64,000 nt of DNA from Octopus bimaculoides (lineage: Eukaryota), in assembly GCF_001194135.2 (NCBI RefSeq), contig NC_069005.1:34082119-34146118 (forward strand), read 5' to 3'. Shown here in pieces: positions 14,086 through 27,149 of this stretch. Position 1 is the stretch's first letter, and each line of letters opens with the position of its first letter. A program made the position numbers and the translations under genes. Below the pieces are notes generated by a model, which was not told where the DNA came from, ran no database searches, and was given only the letters and a program-made list of their open reading frames with translations.

Positions 14086-14520
14086 AGGATTTACACCCAT
14101 GTATAGTTTTTACTTATATGTGAATGCATGCACGTACATACATACAAATCCATATACATCCTTACGTACGTACATGCATGCATACATACATACATACATA
14201 CATACATACATACATACATACATACATACACATACACGTGAATGCATGTATGTACGTACGTATGCATGGATATATATATATATGCATATGTGCGTGTATG
14301 TTTGTATTTATGTATATATGTATGCATGTATGGATATATGTTTGTATGTATGTATGTATGTATGTATGTATTTATTTATGTATGTACGTGTTTGATTATG
14401 GCATATCAGTCTGCACATTCGTCGTTATTTTTCTGAATGTGAATTTACGGATGTGTATATATATATATATATGTGTGTGTATGTGTGCATGTATATATAA
14501 GTTTATATATATATATATAT

Positions 14521-14553
<33 letters not shown>

Positions 14554-14884
14554 TGAGTGTGAGCGCGTGTGTGTTTATATAACTGGCCGGCTAGATGTCT
14601 TCATGGATGTTAACTTTATGTTTAAATTCTTCATCCAATTCCGTTTACATCTAAGATAATACTACAGAATATACATCACCGGCCCTTTGTTTTATCGACA
14701 CCTGAAGGCGAGGATGACCTCAGCTGGATTCGAAATCAAAACTTAATCAGTTGGAATTAAACATTCCAAGACTTTCCTTTGAACGTTTATCAATTCTATT
14801 AACCCAAAACCTTTATGGCTTGAAATTCTTGGAATAAATTTGGTGCAGGATTTTAAGACATGCCACTCAATCACTTCAGTTTAT

Positions 14885-15030
14885 AGAAGGAGGAGAAGAG
14901 GAAGAAGAAGAAGAAGAAGAAGAAGAAGAAGAAGAAGAAGAAGAAGAAGAAGAAGAAGAAGAAGAAGAAGAAGAAGAAGGTGATGATGATGATGATGATG
15001 ATGATGACGACGATGACGATGATAATGTTC
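14885..15030. repeat. (GAA)n followed by (GAT)n microsatellite
   Basis: Directly visible. Confidence 0.95.
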
Positions 15031-15382
15031 AATAAGAAAAACAACAATAGAAAATAATTAGTGTTTGAACTTTAGAAATCTCTTGCATATTTTTATTGTT
15101 CTCCTTACAGACAGTATTTTAAACGTTCAGGTCTGTTAGTGGCAAATACTGGAGATTCGTTGAAAGTCCACCACCACTGACATCACCGCTGATGTCACCA
15201 CTCTACAAATTCTGGCAAATACAACTTTTCCCATTAATTATTGTAGGAAATAAACAAATAGATAACTAATTAAAATGATAATCAATAACAAAATCCAAAT
15301 TTTAATTATATTTATTGTTGCAGTTGTTGAGATTATTATTGTTCTTTTTCATATTGTTGTTCATCTTGTTTTGTTGTTGTTG

Positions 15383-15450
<68 letters not shown>

Positions 15451-15565
15451 TTATCATCTCATTATATGGTAAACCCCCCACTTTATGTCTGTCTTTGTAT
15501 TGTCCCCTTCATCCTTCATCCTTGTGGTAAATAAATGAAATCTTTATTATTATTATTATTATTAA

Positions 15566-15598
<33 letters not shown>

Positions 15599-15599
<1 letters not shown>

Positions 15600-15790
15600 G
15601 GTGGCAAGTTGGCGGAATCGTTAGAACACCGTCTTTCTTTACGTTCTGAGTTCAAATTCCGCCGAGGTGGAATTTGGCTTTCATCTTTTCGTGATCGATA
15701 AAATAGGTACCAGTTACGCACTGGGGTGGATGTAATCGACTAGCACTCTCCACCAAAATTTTCAGGCCTTGTAGATATAGCAGAAACGAT
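15599..15790 (+). mobile_element. Family B tRNA-derived SINE, embedded in (ATT)n
   Basis: ttggcggaatcgttag (A-box-like), gagttcaaattccgccgagg (B-box-like), then gtaccagttacgcactggggt..gtaatcgac. It is homologous to 17272-17488, 22677-22866, 28822-28920, 37556-37712, 38470-38549 and 54018-54238. Confidence 0.9.
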
Positions 15791-15792
15791 TA

Positions 15793-15858
<66 letters not shown>

Positions 15859-15913
15859 NNNNNNNNNNACTACTACTACTAATGACGATAATGATGATAA
15901 TGATGATAATAAC

Positions 15914-15962
<49 letters not shown>

Positions 15963-16549
15963 GTAATAATAATAATAATAATAATAGTAATAATAATAAT
16001 AATGATAATTCGCTGATTGGTTTATAAGATTATAATGTTGAGGTCATTAGCTGTTTGTTTTTGTCTTGTTTTGTCGATGTTGTTGTTCCTGCTGTTGTTG
16101 TTGTATTTATTGTTGTTGTTGTTGTTATAGTGGTTGTTGTTGTTCATTAAATTAGTTCTAATTGGCTAAATTTATTGCAATGCCAGCCGAAAGAGATATG
16201 GTCACATTAATTATATTAAAGAGGGAATTTAGAAGAATTTCCAACAAATATAATATAAAAAAATTAAAAAATAAACAGATGAAAAAATAATACCAAAAAA
16301 ATGGAAAAAAAAAATAATAATAAATGAAGAAATCTTAATTAGTAAGAATAGCTTGCGGTATTGGCTGGGTGGTAGGATGTCGGAGTCGGGGTGGTGGCTG
16401 GGTGGGTGTGTTGCTTGTTGTTGCTGTTATTCGGTTTGCGGTGGTGTTTTTGGCAGCCTTCTCTAGGAAGTGCCCAAGACATTACCTCAAGAGGAAGCAT
16501 CTCCCTGTGATATCAATCTTATGGTCTTTGCTTCTACCATCTATGTATG

Positions 16550-16700
16550 GATGTCGTTGTTATTTAGCCCTAGGTCAACCGTGATTCACCATATCTATTG
16601 CAATAAATCCTCCATCTCTGGCGTGACCAGCTTTACTTGTATTTAGACAAAGTGTACCGAGGACTACAGTATATTATGTAATAGTAGGGTTGCACGTTTT
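16550..16700 (-). mobile_element. Family C SINE-like repeat
   Basis: ttgttatttagccctaggtcaacc...gcgtgaccagc is the RC homolog of the 29390-29520 and 34040-34255 copies. Confidence 0.6.
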
Positions 16701-16879
16701 AGTGACTACAGATATTTTGCTATTGTTGTTGCAGTTGTTGTTGTTGCTATTGCTATTGTTGTTGTTGTTGTTGTTGTTGTTCTTCTTCTTCTTCTTCTTC
16801 TTCTTCTTCTTCTTCTTCTTCTTCTTCTTCTTTTTCTTCTTCTACTTGTAGTTTATGCTTGTTATTCATGTTGTTGTTT

Positions 16880-17236
16880 TTTCTTATCTGCAACTTTCTT
16901 TGAATTCTGCATCTTTCCCATATCTTGACGAGTGTCACCCTGATTCCTGCAGCAAAATTTGGTGAGGCACAAATTTAACGATCAGTTGGTTCACAACTGT
17001 CACCATAGGGACATAAACAAAACAGAAAATATCTTTGAAGGTATTTAAATTGATAATACCCTTTTCAAGTCACGTGCGGTGCCATTCAACTCTATTTTCT
17101 TTCTTCTTTTGCAGGAATGGCTTTGCAGGTATTTGGTCCAAATACTTTTCTGTTCCATTTCCCATCATTCCAAGTGCTCCAACTATCACTGGTGTTGCAC
17201 AAGCCTTAGCAAGTCATATATTCTCAATTTCAATTG
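16880..17236 (-). mobile_element. R4/Dong-type non-LTR retrotransposon 3' end (REL endonuclease C-terminus plus 3' UTR)
   Basis: Minus strand reads IEIENI*LAKACATPVIVGALGMMGNGTEKYLDQIPAKP, matching the IPVIVGALGxIxK REL-domain C-terminus. The 3' UTR contains gtgacactcgtcaagatatgg, similar to ggcactcagcaagaaatgg in the 21662 copy, and runs into (AAC)n/(GAA)n. Confidence 0.8.
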
Positions 17237-17271
17237 TCATAGTAGTAATAATAATAATATTGATAATAATA

Positions 17272-17488
17272 ATCCTTTCTACGAAAGGCACAAAGCCTGA
17301 AATAGTGGGGAAGGGAGCTAGTCGATTACATCGACCCCAGTACGCAACTGGTACTTAATTTATCGACTCCGAAAGGATGAAAGGCAAAGTCGCCCTCGGT
17401 TGGAATTTGAAATCAGAAAGTGGCGACGGGCGAAATACCGCTAAGCATTTTGTCCAACGTGCTAACGGTTCTGCCACCTCGCCGCCTT
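17272..17488 (-). mobile_element. Family B SINE, near full length
   Basis: RC begins aaggcggcgaggtggcagaaccgttagcacg and ends agaaaggattatt, with (AAT)n on both sides. Confidence 0.92.
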
Positions 17489-17527
17489 GAGAATAATAAT
17501 AATAATAATAATAATAATAGTAGTAGC

Positions 17528-17564
<37 letters not shown>

Positions 17565-17860
17565 ACATTAATGGAAAACAAACCATCACCACCACTGGCG
17601 TTACATCCATCATAGCCACCACTCCCGCCACCGCTGCTGGCACAAACGCCTCTCCCCCCCCCACCACCACCCGTATATACTTCTCTATAAATGCCTCCAT
17701 ATTTATACGTGTCTACGAGTATGTTTGCTATCGCTTACGTATGTAAGACAATAAACATGTATCTACACACAAAGGTATGTGATTGTGCACACGTTGCATA
17801 ATGTGCTTATATGAATGTACGTTTGTATTTGGTTATATGCTATATATGTATATACATATA

Positions 17861-17905
<45 letters not shown>

Positions 17906-18374
17906 GTGTGTGTATATCTGCTGTGTGTATATATGTTATCTCTCTGTATGTTATGTGTTTGATTATAAAGTAATGAGATTTGTGTTGAAATCTTGTGTTT
18001 ATAGATGTTTGTCTATATTTGATGGGACTGTTATATGTGAATGTGAAAACTTCGTGGACGTGGGTGGTGTGTGTGTGCGTACCTGTATGTATATATATGC
18101 ATGCATGTGTGTGTATGTAGGGGTGGTGTTCGTGCGTGCTTTCATCTACTCCCACGGCTCCTGCCACTACTGACAATCATAAGAGGCAAGCACTCGCCAT
18201 CATCACCGCTACCGCCCCCACCTCCGACCTCTGACACCATCGCTTTCTACGACCAACGCAACAGAACAGTTATCGACATTATCATCACCACCCACATCGC
18301 AACCAACCCTCACCAGGCCTGGTGGTGGTGATGATGGTGATTGTGGTGGAAATTCTGGTGTGTTTCGATCGGTT

Positions 18375-18406
<32 letters not shown>

Positions 18407-19603
18407 NNNNNNNNNNNNNNNNNNNNNNNNNNNNNNNNNNNNNNNNNNNNNNNNNNNNNNNNNNNNNNNNNNNNNNNNNNNNNNNNNNNNNNNNNNNNNN
18501 NNNNNNNNNNNNNNNNNNNNNNNNNNNNNNNNNNNNNNNNNNNNNNNNNNNNNNNNNNNNNNNNNNNNNNNNNNNNNNNNNNNNNNNNNNNNNNNNNNNN
18601 NNNNNNNNNNNNNNNNNNNNNNNNNNNNNNNNNNNNNNNNNNNNNNNNNNNNNNNNNNNNNNNNNNNNNNNNNNNNNNNNNNNNNNNNNNNNNNNNNNNN
18701 NNNNNNNNNNNNNNNNNNNNNNNNNNNNNNNNNNNNNNNNNNNNNNNNNNNNNNNNNNNNNNNNNNNNNNNNNNNNNNNNNNNNNNNNNNNNNNNNNNNN
18801 NNNNNNNNNNNNNNNNNNNNNNNNNNNNNNNNNNNNNNNNNNNNNNNNNNNNNNNNNNNNNNNNNNNNNNNNNNNNNNNNNNNNNNNNNNNNNNNNNNNN
18901 NNNNNNNNNNNNNNNNNNNNNNNNNNNNNNNNNNNNNNNNNNNNNNNNNNNNNNNNNNNNNNNNNNNNNNNNNNNNNNNNNNNNNNNNNNNNNNNNNNNN
19001 NNNNNNNNNNNNNNNNNNNNNNNNNNNNNNNNNNNNNNNNNNNNNNNNNNNNNNNNNNNNNNNNNNNNNNNNNNNNNNNNNNNNNNNNNNNNNNNNNNNN
19101 NNNNNNNNNNNNNNNNNNNNNNNNNNNNNNNNNNNNNNNNNNNNNNNNNNNNNNNNNNNNNNNNNNNNNNNNNNNNNNNNNNNNNNNNNNNNNNNNNNNN
19201 NNNNNNNNNNNNNNNNNNNNNNNNNNNNNNNNNNNNNNNNNNNNNNNNNNNNNNNNNNNNNNNNNNNNNNNNNNNNNNNNNNNNNNNNNNNNNNNNNNNN
19301 NNNNNNNNNNNNNNNNNNNNNNNNNNNNNNNNNNNNNNNNNNNNNNNNNNNNNNNNNNNNNCGTACATTGAGAAATCTCGCTATATACACACTGTTATAG
19401 ACACACATACACATGCGTGTGTACATCCCTGTATACACAAGTAGGTATGTGTGTGTGCATGTGTGAGTAACTATGCATATATGCGTATATACATATATAC
19501 ACAGATATTCGTATGGTTGTACATCTATGCGTGTGTTTGTATGTTGTGCGTGTATGCATACCCGTACAGTGTAAATATATATACATATGATATATATATA
19601 TGC

Positions 19604-19644
<41 letters not shown>

Positions 19645-20584
19645 AGTATGTGTGGATACACAGATTTATACGTATGTATGTATATATGTGCAGATGTAGT
19701 GCATGCATATATATATATATCCTGTGTGTGTGTATATATGTTTATGTATGTATGTATGTTGTAAGCCTGCATACATGCGTGTATATGTATAGGTGTGTAT
19801 AGGTGTGTGTACATGTGTATCAACGCGCCAGTTTAATTTAAGTATTCCGTGTATAAGAAAAAATACATTTATAGAGTCTTTCCTCTGATAATGTCAGAAA
19901 TATTTTGATTAATTCGTTAAAAAACCTATTTCACACGGTGAAAGCCCAAGAGAATCTGATTGAATGACGTTAACAAGGCGCCGTACTAGAGTGTTGTCTT
20001 ACTTTAAAATATTGATAACATTCGCAATATTTAAACGTAATTTGTTGATTTACTTCTTATATAGTATTTCTCTTTGTCTTTTAAATTTTATTTTGTTTTA
20101 TATTTATAATCACGTGTTATTGGTTATTCAAGAAACGGAGATGATTTATATATCAATTAGAGCTTATTTAAAGTTTTAATCTGTTAACGGATGTGTGTAA
20201 TATTACATTGTATAATGTAGCGGAAGGGCAGCCATTTTGGTGAACGGTGGAATGTTTCATTTTATCAAAATGTCGTCACTGTTTTTGACCACTGATCGTT
20301 AGACCACATTTGTCTGTCTATGTTCACCTAGGTACAGTTGTTGTGGGATACATCTGAAACATTGTAGACTAAGATGGCTGTGAGACATTGACATGCACTT
20401 AATGACTTGCGGTGCAGTATTCGTCTCCCAGTTACGATCACATGTTACTCTGTGTTGATGCTCCTCCGAAATATAATGTGTCAACGAATGAACCTTTGCC
20501 TGGTCTCTCGAACTGCTAAAAACAGATCTCCCTCAAACATGCACCACCGTCCTTAATAATAACCGCCATATTGGATAGTTATGC

Positions 20585-20780
20585 TTTTCATTTACTTTTC
20601 TTTTACATCCTTCAGTCACAGAAGGTTGAGGCCATTCCTGGACACCACCTTGAAGAATTTTTAGTCAAATGATTCGATCAAAGTACTTCTCTTTTAAGCC
20701 TGGCACTTATTCCATCGGTCTCTTTCGCCGAACCGCTAAGTTACTGGGATGCAAACACACTAACATCGGTTGTCAAGTGG
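20585..20780 (-). mobile_element. Family A SINE 3' half
   Basis: RC contains cttgacaaccgatgttagtgtgtttgcatcccagtaacttagcggttcggcgaaagagaccgatggaataag, homologous to 54909-55095. Confidence 0.8.
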
Positions 20781-20829
20781 CTGCATTTCATTTTGCCTTG
20801 TTACGGCCTTAACAAGATTCTAATTAAAT

Positions 20830-21365
20830 AACAGACAAGACTTCACCCAAACTTTATTCTAAGCTTATTAAATAATTTTGCCAGCACATTATCTGTCAAA
20901 TAATTCAACCATTTCTTTTAGACTTTACCATTTCTTAGTGCCTTCCAGACGTCCATTTTTTTGTAGCATTTCCTAGCTACTTCTTGGATTTGATTTTGTC
21001 TTTTGCGATTCATCATTGGTTGAGTTCGTTGTTTTAAAGTATCTCGTCTGTGGCGATTCCGTCGCAGACCAAGTTCCTCCAAAGAATTCTTCAACTTTTT
21101 CTTTATGTTTGTGTTGCATTGATTTCTATTTTACTTTCGCTTAGTTCCAGATAAAATCGTCTGGGGCTTGTTTTGTACAAAGAATCACTGACGCTTTTCA
21201 TAACAACAGATTCTTTGTGATTTGGGCGAGAATATCTTATTTCAGGCGTTCTTTGATTTCGGATACGACTTCACTTTTTGGTTCCATTATATTTCTCTAC
21301 TATACCTCTTTCTTTCCTTCTTCCTTTCTTTTTTCTTTTTCATTTCTTTCTTTCTTTCTTCCTTC

Positions 21366-21408
<43 letters not shown>

Positions 21409-21585
21409 ATTTGTATATTTTTCGTTATCGATTTCGTTAAAGATCGACGTATCTTTTCGATCTTTTATTTTCTGGGTTTTTGCAGACCAAATTCTTTGGT
21501 TTGCTTTTCGTTTTTGTTCTTGTTTCAATAATCCTGCTAGAGTAAATGTGAAAGAGTAACCAATTTTCTTTGTAACTACTACTAC
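20830..21585 (-). mobile_element. R4/Dong-type LINE, degenerate segment N-terminal to the RT domain, interrupted by (GAAA)n
   Basis: Minus-strand frames give KDRKDTSIFNEIDN, KTSPRRFYLELSESKIEIN, KEKVEEFFGGTWS, DVWKALRNGK and KWLNYLTDNVLAKLFNKL. They are colinear with R4/Dong pre-RT motifs (KFYRELG / EEIEKFWxxIW / NWKAPGxDxI / FWLKxL). Many frameshifts. Confidence 0.7.
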
Positions 21586-21586
21586 C

Positions 21587-21589
<3 letters not shown>

Positions 21590-21661
<72 letters not shown>
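21590..21661. repeat. (TAG)n array at the 3' end of the R4/Dong element
   Basis: actactact... directly abuts the element 3' UTR. Confidence 0.9.
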
Positions 21662-21662
<1 letters not shown>

Positions 21663-22590
21663 GTTTTTTCTTCTTTCGATTTTGCTTCCATTTCTTGCTG
21701 AGTGCCTTCCCGACTCCTAAGGCCACGAAATTCACTCTATACATTGGTAGGCCATGAAGTTAAACGCACCAGGTTCTTCATTTTCAAAATGAAATGAATT
21801 TACGTGAACAAAAAATTAAAATTCATAGGCGGAATTCGTTCTCACATCGACAATGCTCGTCTCAATACGTGTCACGGACCAGTTAAAACAATCTTTTGTA
21901 CTTCTTGCGGGGATAATAAGCCGAAATTCATTCTCAAATGATTTTCAGTTTTTTTTTTATCATTCTAAGTGCTCCTACAATCACTGGTATTGTAACCGTC
22001 TTTAGATGCAACATTCTATCAGTTTCAATGAGCAAATCTTTATATTTTCTAAGCTCGTTAAATTCTTTTGCAGAGATATAATGAATACTCATATCGATCC
22101 ATTAACAAACTCCATTGTTTCAAAATAATATCCGGTTTGTTAGCTTTGAGGATTCGGTCTGTAAGTACTGAGAAGTCCCAAACAATCATTACATTTTCTC
22201 TCTCAGTTACAAGCAAATCACGTCTGCCTTTGAGTGGTGCCTATTTTCTGTCAATTTCCTTTTCTTCACTGATATTCTAGTTCAACACATTGAATCTAAA
22301 AGTGACAACTCGAACAGCTCAGGAATTCATGGCTAACACCTTGTTATGTGTATTTAGCTCAGATTGCAGAACCGCTCAAACTCTCTTATAGCAGTCTTTC
22401 CTAATCTTCTCTTTCATGCTTGCATGCTAAATGCCAAAGTTATCATTTATTCCTTGGTATTTGTAGGTTGGTTACTTCTATTATAACTGCGCCAATACCA
22501 TTACATGACTGAATTTATGGTCTTCAATTTCCCTTTCTGTAACGTGGGCTTGGTACACTTATCATGACCAAACTCCATCTCGATCTCATC
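21662..22590 (-). mobile_element. Internally deleted R4/Dong-type LINE: RT C-terminus joined to REL endonuclease, with complete 3' UTR
   Basis: Minus strand reads EIEMEFGHDKC ... YKYQGIND ... MKEKIRKDCYKRV*AVLQSELNTHNKVLAMNS ... HHSKADV, then VTERENVMIVWDFSVLTDRILKANKPDII (PD motif), ISAKEFNELRKYKDLLIETDRMLHLKTVTIPVIVGAL, and QEVQKIVLTGP*HVLRRALSM*. Stops and frameshifts are present. Confidence 0.9.
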
Positions 22591-22591
22591 A

Positions 22592-22676
<85 letters not shown>

Positions 22677-22678
<2 letters not shown>

Positions 22679-22866
22679 GGCGGCGGGCTGGCAGACTTAG
22701 CGGTATTTTGCCTGTCGCTACGTTCTTAGTTCAAATTCCGCCGAGGTCGACTTTGCCTTTCATTGCTTCGGGCTGATTAAATAAGTACCAGTTACGCACT
22801 GGGGTCGAAGTAATCGAATGAATCCTCTCCCCCATGTTGACGTTGTGGCAAAAATTTGAAATCATT
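22677..22866 (+). mobile_element. Family B SINE with a small 5' internal deletion, directly after (ATT)n
   Basis: aaggcggcgggctggcag...agttcaaattccgccgaggtcgactttgcctttcat...aagtaccagttacgcactggggtcga. Confidence 0.9.
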
Positions 22867-23514
22867 CTTCTTCTTCTTCTTCCTTTCATTATCGATGCTG
22901 AGAGAGCCGAGGGACATTCCACGTGCGTACTCCATGCTTCTCATCGTTTTAAATGTCAGCTGACAATTTGTCAATCACGTGATCCAACTATTAACTATGA
23001 TGTGGTTTTTATTTTTGCTTTAATTTTTTTCTTTTCACATATATTTTCCTTTCTCAAACGGAAATCCAAAACATCACCTTTTATTTTTATTTCTTTTTTC
23101 TTACATTAATTTTGCGAATATTTCAATATATTTTGGAATATATTATCCTATATTTTGCTGACGCTGACACTGCGTGGAGAAAGCAGTTTGAATATAAATT
23201 TGTAAACGTTAATGTCATACGCAGCCACTGATATAAATGTGAAAATGTGTGAAACCAGCGGTCACCATAACAACAACCATACTTCAAACCTAATACATCA
23301 ACGTCAATACCATAGATACAAACATGGCGTCTACTAGCAGCTTAACCTGTGAATAATGTGGAATGTGCCACGTAGAGGGGAGAGGTAAAATGATATGCTA
23401 GAAATAGTGCACAAATCGCCCACAAATCAAAAATCAACCGTTTTCAACAATGAATGGCATTTCTCTTGACGCTCAACTGTTCTTATGGAGCCAGGACAAT
23501 GAAGACGTTACGGA

Positions 23515-23600
23515 GTCACTCGACATGGCCTGGAAATAGTAGCCAAATCTCCCTCAATCAAATTTTGTTTTAACATCGCAGGCATAATGGCTGGAATGAA
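23515..23600 (+). mobile_element. Family C repeat fragment
   Basis: gaaatagtagccaaatctccctcaa matches agaaatagcagccaatttgtcctcaaa at about 34081. Confidence 0.55.
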
Positions 23601-23755
23601 ATCAAATCTTCTCCACATAGAACAAACCACAGAAAAATTCCGAGAAGCAATGTCGGTAGAAGTAAATATATATTGGACTTGTTTAAATAAACACACACAC
23701 ACACATTCACAGACACACACACCCTTTCCCGTTTTAATATACACTACTAATATTT

Positions 23756-23829
<74 letters not shown>

Positions 23830-24769
23830 CAAATAAAAATCAAATAAAATTAAGTCGAAATGAAAACTGAATTTCAAGATACTTCAGATTTGTTCACCTT
23901 AAAACTAATGTCGTTGTTGTTGTTGTTGTTGCTACTACTGCTGCTGTTGTTACTGGTCTTGCTGTAACTGCTGGGCCCTTTCTATCTGTCTGTCTGTCTC
24001 TCTTTAATCTTTAGTCTGTCTCCCAATAATCTTGTATTAATCTCTCTCCCTCTATCTCCTTCTTTCTCTATGTCTCTCTCTCTTTGATTCTCTACCTCTC
24101 ACCCTGTCTCTCCCTCTCTCCCCTTCTCTCTCCCCTTTCTCCCTCCCTCTCTCCCTCCCTCTCTCCTCCTCCTCCACCCTCCCCCTCTCTATTAATGTCC
24201 CCTTAATATATATATCAATGACAGTCGCTTACTGAAACACAAGACATCTCAGTTCTAAGGTTTCATCTTTCGCATGAAACAAAAAGGAAGAATTCCCAGG
24301 TAACAGGAAATGGATAATGGCGTGGATGGGTGAGGGTGCCGATGGTATTGACGATGGAGAGTAGTGTTATTGGCCATTGGAGCTACAGGTAATGGTGGTG
24401 GTTGTAGTGGTGATGATAGTGGTGGTGTTGGTGTTGGTGTTGCTGCTGCTGTCGTTAACGTTGGTGGAGGGGCGTGGTGGTATAGCGATAGCAGTGTCGA
24501 CAGCGNNNNNNNNNNNNNNNNNNNNNNNNNNNNNNNNNNNNNNNNNNNNNNNNNNNNNNNNNNNNNNNNNNNNNNNNNNNNNNNNNNNNNNNNNNNNNNN
24601 NNNNNNNNNNNNNNNNNNNNNNNNNNNNNNNNNNNNNNNNNNNNNNNNNNNNNNNNNNGCGGCGGTGGTGGTGGTGGTGGTGGTGGTGGTGATGGTGGTA
24701 GTGGTGGTGGTGGTAATGTAGCAGAAGTATTTGTTGGTATTTCACTAGACGCAGTATGTCCGAATCGCA

Positions 24770-24950
24770 AAGACCAATTTTCCCGGTTCGATCCCATTGC
24801 ACTTCCTTTTGGGCAAATGTTATTTTCAATATCTGCGCAACAACCCGTATCTTGCAAGTGAAATCGGGTAAACATTGCTTGCATTGACACCCACTGAATG
24901 AAATGTACCCGTAATTCAAAATGTAGGGCCTTGTCACGCATTCTGTCTCA
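24770..24950 (+). mobile_element. Degenerate tRNA/CORE-type SINE fragment
   Basis: B-box-like cccggttcgatccc is followed by ttgggcaaatgttattttc, similar to the family A ccttgggcaagtgtcttc. Confidence 0.5.
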
Positions 24951-25662
24951 TCGATTGTGTGTATGTATGTATATATATATATATAAACGCATGTGAGATT
25001 AGAAAAGAGTACTCAATACAGGGGTTAGATTTTAAATATTTCTTGCAGTAATATGGCTATTCTTTCCTTCTCTCTTTCTTCCTCCCTCCCGCTCTCTCTC
25101 TCTTTCTCTTTCTCTTTCTCTTTCTCCTTTTCTCTCTCTGCTTTAATACTCAGTGTTTCGAGGGTTAAGTGAACAATGGCACTCACAAAATATTAAGAAG
25201 TAATCTTAGCTCTACAACACACAGACACACTTACACACACACACTTACACGCACATTCACACACACACACACTCACACACATACACTTACACACACACTC
25301 ATACATACACACACGCTTACATACATATACTCGCACATGCATAAACACACACTTACACGCACACGTACGCACGCACTCACACAGACACACACACACAAAC
25401 ACGTATACACGCACTCCTGTGCATTAGTACCCGATCCACACTCTAATTCCCGGTCTATTATTGGCTGTAATAGAGCTGTTTCCATCTCTTTTCCCCCGAC
25501 CTCTCAATTCCTGTTTATGGAACCAATAGATTTCCTAATAACATCATTTTCCAACGCTCTGCACTCTGCTCATTACATCTTATATGCAATATGCAATGTA
25601 GTCTCGATCATGTCTTCGCAGCACACTTTTATCCCTCTATCCTTCTCCCCCCTCTATCTTTC

Positions 25663-25729
<67 letters not shown>

Positions 25730-27149
25730 NNNNNNNNNNNNNNNNNNNNNNNNNNNNNNNNNNNNNNNNNNNNNNNNNNNNNNNNNNNNNNNNNNNNNNN
25801 NNNNNNNNNNNNNNNNNNNNNNNNNNNNNNNNNNNNNNNNNNNNNNNNNNNNNNNNNNNNNNNNNNNNNNNNNNNNNNNNNNNNNNNNNNNNNNNNNNNN
25901 NNNNNNNNNNNNNNNNNNNNNNNNNNNNNNNNNNNNNNNNNNNNNNNNNNNNNNNNNNNNNNNNNNNNNNNNNNNNNNNNNNNNNNNNNNNNNNNNNNNN
26001 NNNNNNNNNNNNNNNNNNNNNNNNNNNNNNNNNNNNNNNNNNNNNNNNNNNNNNNNNNNNNNNNNNNNNNNNNNNNNNNNNNNNNNNNNNNNNNNNNNNN
26101 NNNNNNNNNNNNNNNNNNNNNNNNNNNNNNNNNNNNNNNNNNNNNNNNNCTCTCTCTCTCTCTCTCTCTCTCACTATATATAGATACATACACACACACA
26201 CACATACAAAAATGTATGTATATAGATACATACATGCATATATCGTGATATGCATGCATCAAGATGTAATAATTTGCATCCTGAGTTTATCTTTATCTAC
26301 GCAATAAATCATTTGTAACTCCCTCCATCTCTCCCCCCTCTCTTTCTCTGTTTATCTCCATAATTATATGTGTGCGTGTGTGTAAGTGTACATTTATGTA
26401 TGTATGTATGTATGTATATATGTATATATGTATGTATGTATTACGTACATGTGTGTGTATGTGTGTGGAAACGTGAGTGTATGTGTATATGTGTGTTGTA
26501 AAAAAGCTATGTATCACATATTCACGTCACTTCGGCATTATGTATCTTGTCAGATAATGTGAGGTAACTTTTATGGTTTCACTTTTATGTATTAAAACAT
26601 TACAATAAATATAACAATTTATTTAGAAAATATAAACCCGTGATAATGCAGTGGCTATATTTTGAAGACTTAAAAGCTGGTTATTATTGCAATGGGAAGG
26701 TGTATGTGCTTGGGAGGAATATGTGCAGATATGCACGTGTGTGTGTATGTGTGTTTAAATAGTCGGATAACGTTTAACATGTAAAGTGCCTTAGTGGTAA
26801 GTATTTCGATGTGATTTATATAATGGAATAGTTGTAGCAAAAATATTAACCTATTGTCTACCTCTTTTCATACAATTAATGTGAATAGGTCCGAAAGAAT
26901 TAAATTTAAGATGAGATAACTCTAACTCTATTGTCATGTTTAACTTGCCAGATACTTCTAAAAATGAAAACAAAGTGTTTTATCGATATTTCAACATACA
27001 TTTGGTGCGGTACTATAATGGTATTTAATTTATATTTGCAGAGACGAAGAAATTAGCCGCGTTATTACATTTTCTGGAAGGCGCAAACTATTATTGTAGA
27101 TTGAGTTATTAGTTTTGAAAACCCAACTAAATGACGCTAGGCCAGTAGC

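Noticed and set aside
21740-21900. Apparent mariner fragment on the plus strand (HIDNAR)
   Set aside because: The minus strand gives a much better continuous match to the R4/Dong C-terminus (QEVQKIVLTG-HVLRRALSM*) and its 3' UTR.
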